A stretch of DNA of 58,166 nt from a virus (lineage: Duplodnaviria; Caudoviricetes): positions 1 through 58,166 of the IMG/VR virus record IMGVR_UViG_3300036944_001184; one strand, given 5' to 3'. A program made the position numbers and the translations under genes. Shown here piece by piece: positions 9,926-17,226 of this stretch. Under the pieces are notes generated by a model. It had not been told where the DNA came from. It searched no databases and saw nothing but the letters and a program-made list of their open reading frames with translations. Numbering within the stretch: the first letter of the stretch is position 1; each line of letters starts with the position of its first letter.

Positions 9926-11437
9926 TTACTTGGTGTAGAAGTCCTTCTTCTTGAGGAAGGCAAACAACTCCTTGTAATCCTTGCGCCGCTTGGATACGAA
10001 GTCAAGGAACTTCTCGGGCTCCGCAACATCGCGGTTGCTGGTGGTCGCGGGACTGGTGAAGGCCAGCACCGCTTCGACGAACTCGATGTACCGGATAAAC
10101 GATTCACGAATCAGGGTTCCACGGAACAACCGGAACTCGATCGTCTCGCGGGGCGAGTTGTTGACTGCGTCGTACTTGCGCTCGACTCCGGTCTTCTTGC
10201 CGTTGGTCAGCTTCTTGGTCCGGATCTCCGCGTAGTTGGTGTTGTACCGACCGGACACCTTGGCGACGATCGACCGCATGGAGGGCGAGTTGATCATGAC
10301 AAGGATGCGACCGATCCACAGCGCACTGAGCGGCTTGCGGCTGACGTGGATGTGGACGCCACAGTTGCCACTGTTCCAGCTGGTCAGGTTGCGGCGAACC
10401 CGCGGGTCACTGAGGAACTCCGAGAAGATCCGCTTGTGGACCTCGGGCGCATCGGGGCGGGTGACGATCTCGAAGCCGCCGTCGTTGAGCGAACCGTCCT
10501 CCTTGTAGACCACATACTGGTCAGGGAAGATGGACTCGCACAGCTCGACTCCGTTGTCCGCGTCCCGCCCCTCCACCTCAAGCTCGATGCCGAACTTGAG
10601 CGGCACGTTCTTCTCCGGGCGGAGGTTGGCTGCGGACTTGTCGCTGTAGGACTGGAGCCCGGATGGTGGCGACCAGCAGTTGGTGCAGTTGCCGTCCTCG
10701 GCGTAGTCGTCATTGCTGAACCGCTCGCCGCAGCAGTCGCAGATGAACGTCTCATCGTTGAGCCAGTCACGGCAGTACCAGTCGCCGCACCACTCCTCCA
10801 TCTCGTCGATGAAGTAAGCCTCGTTGGTGCCGTAGCAGTAGGCGACGATGTCATCGTCCGCCCAGCAGTCGTAGTTCTCCATGTAGGTGTAGCCGTCCTC
10901 CGGTTGCTCGGTCACCCATTCGCCACCGCTGCGGCGATCGTAGTAGTTGTAAACGAGGCGGAAGCAGTTGCTCTTCAGGTGGTTCTCTCCGTCAATTTCA
11001 ACAGTCATGGTCTTTGGGTAGTAGTTGGTTTCTTCGTCAAGGGTAACTTCAACAGCATCACTTTTCAGGATTCGTGATCCGTTAAGAGTGATTACTGATA
11101 GGGATTCGTGAACCCACTCGCCGCTTGTGAGGCGCATGTAGTCGCCCGGAATGTCAGAGTCAGGCACAGTAACCAAGCGCACGCTGGTCAAGTGGTCCCA
11201 GTTCCAACCACGGAATACTCTCTGGAAGCTTTCCGTAGTCTCTTCGTCGTACCCGGCGTGTCTCGCGCCTTCCAAGTCCACGAGCTGGACCCCGAAGTTT
11301 TCGATATCCGCCACGCGGACCTTGATGCGTTTGATTATACTGAGGGTCCGGAAGTCCATCTCGATGATGTCTCCCACTTGAACGCGCTTGCCAGTGTTGG
11401 TGTCAATCCATGCTTTCATATCAGTATGTTGTTTCAA
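9926..11437 (-). CDS. Amidoligase (COOH-NH2 ligase family) paralog B with acidic Cys-rich N-terminal region
   Basis: KFGIELEVE, EDGSL, GGFEIVTRP, CGVHIHV, KYDAVN, TIEFRLFRGT; CDCC...CTNC before the ligase domain. Confidence 0.85.
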   Translation of the reverse strand: MKQHTDMKAWIDTNTGKRVQVGDIIEMDFRTLSIIKRIKVRVADIENFGVQLVDLEGARHAGYDEETTESFQRVFRGWNWDHLTSVRLVTVPDSDIPGDYMRLTSGEWVHESLSVITLNGSRILKSDAVEVTLDEETNYYPKTMTVEIDGENHLKSNCFRLVYNYYDRRSGGEWVTEQPEDGYTYMENYDCWADDDIVAYCYGTNEAYFIDEMEEWCGDWYCRDWLNDETFICDCCGERFSNDDYAEDGNCTNCWSPPSGLQSYSDKSAANLRPEKNVPLKFGIELEVEGRDADNGVELCESIFPDQYVVYKEDGSLNDGGFEIVTRPDAPEVHKRIFSEFLSDPRVRRNLTSWNSGNCGVHIHVSRKPLSALWIGRILVMINSPSMRSIVAKVSGRYNTNYAEIRTKKLTNGKKTGVERKYDAVNNSPRETIEFRLFRGTLIRESFIRYIEFVEAVLAFTSPATTSNRDVAEPEKFLDFVSKRRKDYKELFAFLKKKDFYTK

Positions 11438-11445
11438 TTCAGGTA

Positions 11446-11628
11446 TCAGTTCCAGTCAGGGTGAATCTCTCCGCTCTCGGTGACGATCACGGATTGCTTT
11501 TCATGAAGCAGAATCTCCGCATCGGGAGACAGCTTCGGCATGCGGGGTTCGCTGACCCGGCGACCGGCTTGGTCACGGGCAGTGGTGGTGCCGTTGTCGG
11601 CGCGGGTGATGTGGATGAATGGTTTCAT
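11446..11628 (-). CDS. Small hypothetical protein
   Basis: 60-aa ORF directly downstream of a palindrome copy. Confidence 0.6.
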   Translation of the reverse strand: MKPFIHITRADNGTTTARDQAGRRVSEPRMPKLSPDAEILLHEKQSVIVTESGEIHPDWN

Positions 11629-11657
11629 TGTGTTGCTATTCGTTTTATCGGATAAGG

Positions 11658-13028
11658 TCAGGCATCGTTGTGGATCTCGCGATCCTCTGTGTGCATCCGG
11701 AAGCTCCGCGATGGGTCCATCACATCGCGGAACAACTTGTCCGCTGCTATCTCATCCTCCGCTTCGAGGAAGTAGTGCCGCACCTCGGTGATGCGGTACT
11801 TCAACTTCGGGGCAGGGGGTGGTGGGGCAGGCGAAGCCGGGGCGGGTGCTGGCATCGGGAATGCGGGGCGAGCCGCCCGGGGTGTTGCGGGCTGCTGGGC
11901 GCGCGCTTCCTGGTGAATGCGAGAGTGGACGCCTTGCCAGTAATCGTGTCCCTCGGGAGATGCGCCCCAGCTGAAGCCACGACCCAGCGCATCCGATGCG
12001 GAGGTCGCCGCGCCGTCACTTCGGTAGTGCCAGTTTCCGCTCTGGCTTGCCATGTGTCCAAGCGCCACCTCTGACTCAGGAATCGTGTGCAACCATTCCT
12101 CAATCGTGGTTGGCTGGATCTCTTCGACCAGATCGAAGTCGAAGTCACCCGGAGGATTCCACCTACCACGCTCGGTGAACGTCCTGTCCGTTCCGCCTAG
12201 GCGGGCTTCGAACTTGAAGAAGCTGTCCACCCGGGAGGGTGGGAGGCTGCGCATGTATCCGGTTGTCTGCCCATCCCGAGTCCGGTATCGGTAACCCGGT
12301 CTGACGCGGAACTCGCCGAGGGGTGCCGGGGTAGCGGGCGCAGCTGGCGAGGTGAGCAGGTTGCCGTGTTCGTCGCAGGGATCGCAAGACCTGTGAGCCA
12401 TGTCCGCCCGATTAAAACAGGAGCTTACCCAACGGGAACCGGGTTCCCCCCTCGTCTCACCGTTCCCCGATTCAGGCATCCGCCATACCCGATTCGTGAT
12501 TCGGGATCTGAAGTACAGGAACTCCGGTTGAGTGGTTACTGGTTCGGGTTCGGGAGCAGGAGCGAAAGCAGGTTCCGGGGTAAGCGATTCGTGATTCGTG
12601 GTGGGGAAGTACTCGGTCACATTGGCGAGCCCCCAAGTGGATTCGACCATGTCGTGGAGGTTCATGATCGACGCAACCCATGTGCGCCCACCGTCTTCAG
12701 ACCGCCAGCAATCGGTGTCATCAGTCGGGTCACCGGTTACCCGGGTGCGGTAGTGGTCTCCGTTCTGGTGTCTGAAATACCGGTGGGTAGGAGCGGGATC
12801 AGGTGTCGGTTCATTAGCAGGCTCTTCGCCCGGGATAGGTGGGAGTTCGCCAAGGGACACGGCCCGCCAGAAGTCATGCCCCTCAGGGGAATCCTCCCAA
12901 ACGAATCCGGTCACGAATGAATCACGCAGGCCGACGCATTCATCGACCAAGGTCCGGGCTGAGCTGTTGTCGATCGCCCGCTCCATGTAAGCGGCGGGCA
13001 GGGTTTCAAACCATTGTTGTCTCGTCAT
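11658..13028 (-). CDS. Mosaic multidomain protein with a duplicated GFxWxxSPEGHDxW domain and Pro-rich linkers
   Basis: GFVWEDSPEGHDFWRAV near N-term and GFSWGASPEGHDYWQGV near C-term; start MTRQQWFE. Confidence 0.75.
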   Translation of the reverse strand: MTRQQWFETLPAAYMERAIDNSSARTLVDECVGLRDSFVTGFVWEDSPEGHDFWRAVSLGELPPIPGEEPANEPTPDPAPTHRYFRHQNGDHYRTRVTGDPTDDTDCWRSEDGGRTWVASIMNLHDMVESTWGLANVTEYFPTTNHESLTPEPAFAPAPEPEPVTTQPEFLYFRSRITNRVWRMPESGNGETRGEPGSRWVSSCFNRADMAHRSCDPCDEHGNLLTSPAAPATPAPLGEFRVRPGYRYRTRDGQTTGYMRSLPPSRVDSFFKFEARLGGTDRTFTERGRWNPPGDFDFDLVEEIQPTTIEEWLHTIPESEVALGHMASQSGNWHYRSDGAATSASDALGRGFSWGASPEGHDYWQGVHSRIHQEARAQQPATPRAARPAFPMPAPAPASPAPPPPAPKLKYRITEVRHYFLEAEDEIAADKLFRDVMDPSRSFRMHTEDREIHNDA

Positions 13029-13039
13029 TTTCGTAGGAG

Positions 13040-13270
13040 TTAGAGTTCGATGAGGGTGTGGCGGGATTCGACAGGCGAGCCGCAAGCGGTGCCGTCTTGG
13101 TTGTACCAAGTGTTGTTGTCGCCAAGGTAGGTGGTGATTCCACCGTAGCTGGACGAGGTGACGATGGTGACCTGCTCACCTTGACGGTTGCGATAGACGC
13201 GACCGAGGATGGGTGAGGCAGGGGAGGACTGGTCGAGTGTGACCAAGGCGAGTTGGATGTTGGTTTTCAT
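13040..13270 (-). CDS. Hypothetical protein (MKTNIQLAL...)
   Basis: ATG immediately follows a palindrome copy; GRVYRNRQGEQVTI resembles the GYRYRTRDGQTT segment of the 11658 gene. Confidence 0.65.
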   Translation of the reverse strand: MKTNIQLALVTLDQSSPASPILGRVYRNRQGEQVTIVTSSSYGGITTYLGDNNTWYNQDGTACGSPVESRHTLIEL

Positions 13271-13314
13271 ATTCGTTTTATCGGATAAGCCTGCTTCTGC
13301 CGCAGGCGAGGGCA

Positions 13315-13734
13315 TCAGTCGATGGAAAGGTCAGGGTTAGGGATTTCGGGAAGGCCCCATCCAAGGAGGTCCGTGAGGCTCATGGTGTCTTCATACCACT
13401 CGGACTCGCTGTGGTCCCGCGCCTCCACCACGCCGGATGGGTGTACCCGCCATGTAGCCTCCTCATTTTGAAAATACCGGTAAGCGGGTTCCTGATCGGG
13501 ATTAGCCAGCAAGGCGAGAGCCGCCCGGATGGCGGTCACGCCGGTCACGACAGACGGATCATAGTCGTCCAGCGGACCCTCCAAACTTGAGATGGACTCA
13601 TCGGAGCCGTCGCTGCCTACTTCAATGTCCGTATAGCGGATGAACCCGACCAGCCCGGAAATGATTTCCAGCGGGGTGAGGTTGCCTGCTTCTGCCGCAG
13701 GCTCGGCTTCTTTTGGTTTGCAGTGTTTGCACAT
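13315..13734 (-). CDS. Hypothetical protein
   Basis: 139-aa ORF; C-terminal YRYFQN...WRV segment resembles YFR segments of the 11658 gene. Confidence 0.6.
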   Translation of the reverse strand: MCKHCKPKEAEPAAEAGNLTPLEIISGLVGFIRYTDIEVGSDGSDESISSLEGPLDDYDPSVVTGVTAIRAALALLANPDQEPAYRYFQNEEATWRVHPSGVVEARDHSESEWYEDTMSLTDLLGWGLPEIPNPDLSID

Positions 13735-13740
13735 GGTGTT

Positions 13741-13896
13741 TCAGTGGAGGGAGATCAGGATATAGAGGATGGCGAGCATCGCAAGGGCGAAGACCCCGGC
13801 GAGCAGAGATTCCCGAATCCGGAATCCTGCTGCCATGAAAGCGGCAGGGGTTCCGAGAAGGGCGCAGGCGATTGCGGTTTCGATTGCGTAGTTCAC
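13741..13896 (-). CDS. Small two-TM membrane protein (GTG start)
   Basis: Hydrophobic ORF starting just downstream of a palindrome copy. Confidence 0.55.
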   Translation of the reverse strand: MNYAIETAIACALLGTPAAFMAAGFRIRESLLAGVFALAMLAILYILISLH

Positions 13897-13921
13897 GTTA
13901 TTCGTTTTTCCGGATAAGGGT

Positions 13922-14125
13922 TTAGATTCTCTTTGATTCAATGATGCCAGCATGCCGACCAAGGGTATCCCGGTCGGTCATCGGGTTCAGCCCCCAATGA
14001 ATGGCGACTTTCTTCTTCGCGGCTTCGTAGCTTTCGGCTTCGTAGCTTTCGGCTTCGAGCACCACGGTGTCGTGCATGTAGGCGTTGTTGACTCCTCCGT
14101 AGAGGTGGGCGACGTAGGTCTTCAT
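13922..14125 (-). CDS. Hypothetical protein (MKTYVAHLYGG...)
   Basis: ORF with a 15-bp tandem duplication (EAESYEAESYE). Confidence 0.6.
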   Translation of the reverse strand: MKTYVAHLYGGVNNAYMHDTVVLEAESYEAESYEAAKKKVAIHWGLNPMTDRDTLGRHAGIIESKRI

Positions 14126-14126
14126 G

Positions 14127-14258
14127 TTATTTGGTTGGTTTGTAGAGAACCACATCCCGCCCGAGAACCGGGCAAGGTGCGGCGAGTTTGGGGAGAGCCT
14201 TGCGCGAGGCGAGGTAACGGATGGCTGCGTCGATGGACGCTTGTTGCTGTGGGTTCAT
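14127..14258 (-). CDS. Small hypothetical protein (43 aa, MNPQQQASID...)
   Basis: Hand-translated; fills the gap between a palindrome and the next ATG. Confidence 0.5.
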   Translation of the reverse strand: MNPQQQASIDAAIRYLASRKALPKLAAPCPVLGRDVVLYKPTK

Positions 14259-14306
14259 GGTGAGAGGGAATCCCTTATCCGTTTTACCGGATAAGGGATA
14301 AGTGGT

Positions 14307-14471
14307 TTAGATAGCAGGGATTGGTGTGATCTGGATAAGCCCACCCTTGAGGGTGGACACCTTGAATACCGTTCTAACTAGCTGAATACTAGTTAGAACG
14401 TGGAGTGGATCGGCAGACCAGATGATGGCTGGCTTGCCGCTGCGGAGTTGGGCGAGGGCTTGGTTTTTCAC
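14307..14471 (-). CDS. Possible 54-aa protein (GTG start) between two palindromes
   Basis: Open frame fits the cassette, but contains strong hairpins. Confidence 0.4.
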   Translation of the reverse strand: MKNQALAQLRSGKPAIIWSADPLHVLTSIQLVRTVFKVSTLKGGLIQITPIPAI

Positions 14472-14518
14472 TTTGTTATTTGGTTTCGGGTTGGGCTTAT
14501 CCGTTTTACCGGGTAAGG

Positions 14519-15529
14519 TTAGCGGCCTGCCTCCAGTGCGGCGACACGCGCGGCGAGGGATTCAAGGGTGACCGGCTCAGGCTCAGGTGTGGGCTCGGGC
14601 TTCTCCTCAGGAATCCCGGTCTCGACCAAGGTTCCGAAGCAAATGGTTCCTGATTCGAGACGCCCGCAAGTGATAAGTGATTCCTCCAGTGTTGGGTTTC
14701 GCCACAGGCAAAGGCCAGCAAAGATGCGAAGTGCCGAGGCGAGGGCTAGCGTGCAAGTAATTGAGAAGCCTGCTTTGATGCCGGAGCCTGCTTTGATGCC
14801 CTCGCCTGCTTCGATGCCCTCGCCTGCTTCGATGCCCTCGCCTGCTTTGATGCCCAAGCCTGCTTTGATGCCCTCGCCTGCTTTGATGCCCAAGCCTGCT
14901 TCGATGCCCTCGCCTGCTTCGATGCCCCAGCCTGCTTCGATGCCCTCGCCTGCTTTGATGCCCTCGCCTGCTTTGATGCCGGAGCCTGCTTTGATGCCCT
15001 CGCCTGCTTCGATGCCCTCGCCTGCTTCGATGCCCTCGCCTGCTTTGATGCCCCAGCCTGCTTCGATGCCGGAGCCTGCTTTGATGCCCTCGCCTGCTTT
15101 GATGCCCAAGCCTGCTTCGATGCCCTCGCCTGCTTCGATGCCCCAGCCTGCTTCGATGCCCCAGCCTGCTTCGATGCCGGAGCCTGCTTTGATGCCCTCG
15201 CCTGCTTTGATGCCCAAGCCTGCTTTGATGCCGGAGCCTGCTTTGATGCCCCAGCCTGCTTCGATGCCCCAGCCTGCTTCGATGCCGGAGCCTGCTTTGA
15301 TGCCCTCGCCTGCTTCGATGCCGGAGCCTGCTTTGATGCCGGAGCCTGCTTTGATGCCGGAGCCTGCTTGAGCACGGATAAACCCTTTCGCGGATAATGA
15401 ACCAGAGAACCGGACGTATCCCATATCGGGGGCGATGTCGATGTTTCCGTCATAGTCATTGACGGGGGTTGCTCCGATGTAAAGGTTGTCGGAGTTGAGG
15501 TCTGCTTTGGTGATGAGTAGTGTTTTCAT
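14519..15529 (-). CDS. Hexapeptide-repeat (GI[K/E]AG[S/E/W/L]) protein, probable beta-solenoid
   Basis: 33 tandem hexapeptides flanked by unique N- and C-terminal caps. Confidence 0.85.
   Translation of the reverse strand: MKTLLITKADLNSDNLYIGATPVNDYDGNIDIAPDMGYVRFSGSLSAKGFIRAQAGSGIKAGSGIKAGSGIEAGEGIKAGSGIEAGWGIEAGWGIKAGSGIKAGLGIKAGEGIKAGSGIEAGWGIEAGWGIEAGEGIEAGLGIKAGEGIKAGSGIEAGWGIKAGEGIEAGEGIEAGEGIKAGSGIKAGEGIKAGEGIEAGWGIEAGEGIEAGLGIKAGEGIKAGLGIKAGEGIEAGEGIEAGEGIKAGSGIKAGFSITCTLALASALRIFAGLCLWRNPTLEESLITCGRLESGTICFGTLVETGIPEEKPEPTPEPEPVTLESLAARVAALEAGR
14767..15369 (-). repeat. 18-bp tandem repeat, about 33 units
   Basis: GGCATC[A/G]AAGCAGGC[TCC/GAG/TGG/TTG] on the minus strand. Confidence 0.95.
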
Positions 15530-15662
15530 TTGGATAAGGTGCCCCGCGTTTCTGCTGCTATGGGTGATGGCTTCGGTTTATGGGAGAGCTTATCCGTTTT
15601 ACCGGATAAGCGGAGAACGATTCAGGAATAAGGAAACCCTTATCCGTTTTACCGGATAAGGG

Positions 15663-15866
15663 TTATGCTGTCCAAGAATAGCGGCCACCGTTGAATCCGG
15701 TGCGGCGAATGCGGTCATTGCAAGGGTTGTCCGTGCATTCGCCCCGGTAATACCAGACCGTTTGGCCCAGACCGTTCGGAGTCTTGCCCTTGGTTACGTC
15801 ACGGGCGATGAACTCCTTGCCATAGTTGCGGACGACTTGGCCTTCTTTGAGTGTGCTTGATTTCAT
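15663..15866 (-). CDS. Small basic hypothetical protein
   Basis: 67-aa ORF bracketed by palindromes. Confidence 0.7.
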   Translation of the reverse strand: MKSSTLKEGQVVRNYGKEFIARDVTKGKTPNGLGQTVWYYRGECTDNPCNDRIRRTGFNGGRYSWTA

Positions 15867-15971
15867 GATTCGTGGTAAGTGATTCGTTATTCGTTTTAAC
15901 GGATAAGGGATTCGGGATAAGTGAAGCAGGGCTTACCCGATAAAACGGATAAGCCCTGCTATAGTTAATCC

Positions 15972-16412
15972 TCACGCCATCAGCGCGGCAAGGAGTTCCT
16001 TAACCTGAGTCTTTGTAAGCGAAATCGCAAGTGCTGCTTTTCCAACACTTTCGAGTTGTGCTTCAGAGAACTTCACCTTAGCCTTGCGGGGACGCGGCGC
16101 GCTCTTCCGGAGCACGAAGTCATCCGACACGTCGCGGAGGATGTCCGACATGTAGGTCCGGGAATACCCGCCCTTTTCAGCGGCAGCAAGCGCCGCGTTC
16201 CGGAACTCAAGGACGCCGTGACGCTTCACGCTTCCGTCTTCGTTGTAGTACGTCCAATGTTCTTCGCCCCCATCCTTGGACACGATAAAGGAAAGCCACG
16301 CTTCCCCGAGGATGTTAACAAGCTTGCGCTCTTCCTTGTCGATGACAGCAAGCTGTCCAGTGATAAGGGCGGCAAGGGTTTTGACGAGGGCGGAGTTGAT
16401 TTCGTTTTTCAT
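15972..16412 (-). CDS. Hypothetical protein, first gene of the early block (MKNEINSA...)
   Basis: ATG preceded by an A/C-rich leader; followed by a long hairpin at 15925-15960. Confidence 0.7.
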   Translation of the reverse strand: MKNEINSALVKTLAALITGQLAVIDKEERKLVNILGEAWLSFIVSKDGGEEHWTYYNEDGSVKRHGVLEFRNAALAAAEKGGYSRTYMSDILRDVSDDFVLRKSAPRPRKAKVKFSEAQLESVGKAALAISLTKTQVKELLAALMA

Positions 16413-17057
16413 TTGGTTTGGTTTGTTGGAAAGAAAGGCGTCATTGCCTCTCACATAGGGGGGAGGGACGGGGGTCTGGGAACCACGAATCACGAACCAC
16501 TTATCCGGGAAAGCGGATAGCGTTGCCCCTGATACGGGATACGTGATTCATGGTTCATGGTGAGGGGCGGCGGTGGGTAGTGGACTTTTTCTGCTGCGTT
16601 GTGTTGTGTTGTGTATATAGCTTGCAAAAAATTTCTCTGAATTTGGCGGATAAATTTATGGGTATGATTTGCTCAATAACGCGGCAAAAATCTTGAGCGA
16701 CATCTGGCTCAGGCGAGGTCGGTAGGCGAGCATGAAAACGGGGCGAATTTGACCCCGAAGCGGGGGTCCCGAGACGCGAAAAATGACCCGTTTTTGCGCC
16801 TGTTTTGACCCCTATTTCGCCGGTTTCTATTGTCCTACGTGGGACATTTAGAATGTAGATATCTGTTAAATGGAAAGTTATTCGTGGTAAGTTATTCATG
16901 GCTAGTGTTGCGGAAATAATCCGAGACTTAAATATAAATGGGTCGTTGGATATTTGGCCAACACGGCTCTCTAACAGAAAAGGTATTTTTGTCCTAGGCG
17001 AGAGGGTGCCCGGAGGCGAGTAAACCGCTCAACCCGTAGCAAAAGGCTTATGAAATA

Positions 17058-17181
17058 GAGCATTAGATTAGCGACACTACACGCTGTCTCCTAAAAAGAA
17101 TAAGAGACTACGCACATGTGTACACGTACATGTAATCTTTTTCCTTCCTCTATCGTAGTGACGGGAAAATAATGCCCAGTT
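17058..17181. repeat. ~120-bp element, copy 1 (direct repeat of 50965-51087) with terminal inverted repeats
   Basis: ATTAGATTAGC..CACTACACGCT.TCTCCT.AAAAGAATAAGAGACTACGCACATGT...TCTTTTTCCTTCCTCTAT.GTAGTGACG shared by both copies. Confidence 0.9.
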
Positions 17182-17191
17182 GATTTTCTTC

Positions 17192-17220
17192 TTGACGGAA
17201 GCGGGTCGCCGGGCTACCTT
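17192..17220 (+). promoter_or_regulatory. sigma70-like promoter, leaderless configuration
   Basis: TTGACG-17 nt-TACCTT, 6 nt before ATG 17227. Confidence 0.6.
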
Positions 17221-17226
17221 TCCGCC

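Larger units (their letters stand above)
9899..16520. repeat. Dispersed 22-bp palindrome CTTATCCG-TTTTAC-CGGATAAG, about 11 intergenic copies
   Basis: Copies at ~9899, 11636, 13271, 13898, 14274, 14496, 15589, 15639, 15887, 15932 (inverted), 16500 (degenerate). Confidence 0.9.
16413..17226. other. AT-rich non-coding divergence region (candidate early promoter, origin or genome-end region)
   Basis: About 800 bp, clearly more AT-rich than its flanks, no convincing ORF, separates divergent blocks. Confidence 0.6.

Noticed and set aside
14568-15459. Long alternative-frame ORFs (MPSPAL and ASKQA repeats) over the 18-bp array
   Set aside because: They are open only because the repeat unit lacks stops; the GIKAG frame has proper unique caps and matches the block's strand
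15589-15660. Repeat-28 nt-repeat arrangement resembling a mini CRISPR array
   Set aside because: Only two adjacent 22-bp copies; the same motif is dispersed between genes with gene-sized spacing; no cas operon
16555-16899. 114-aa ORF in the AT-rich gap
   Set aside because: Atypical composition, low-complexity end, no motif; treated as non-coding
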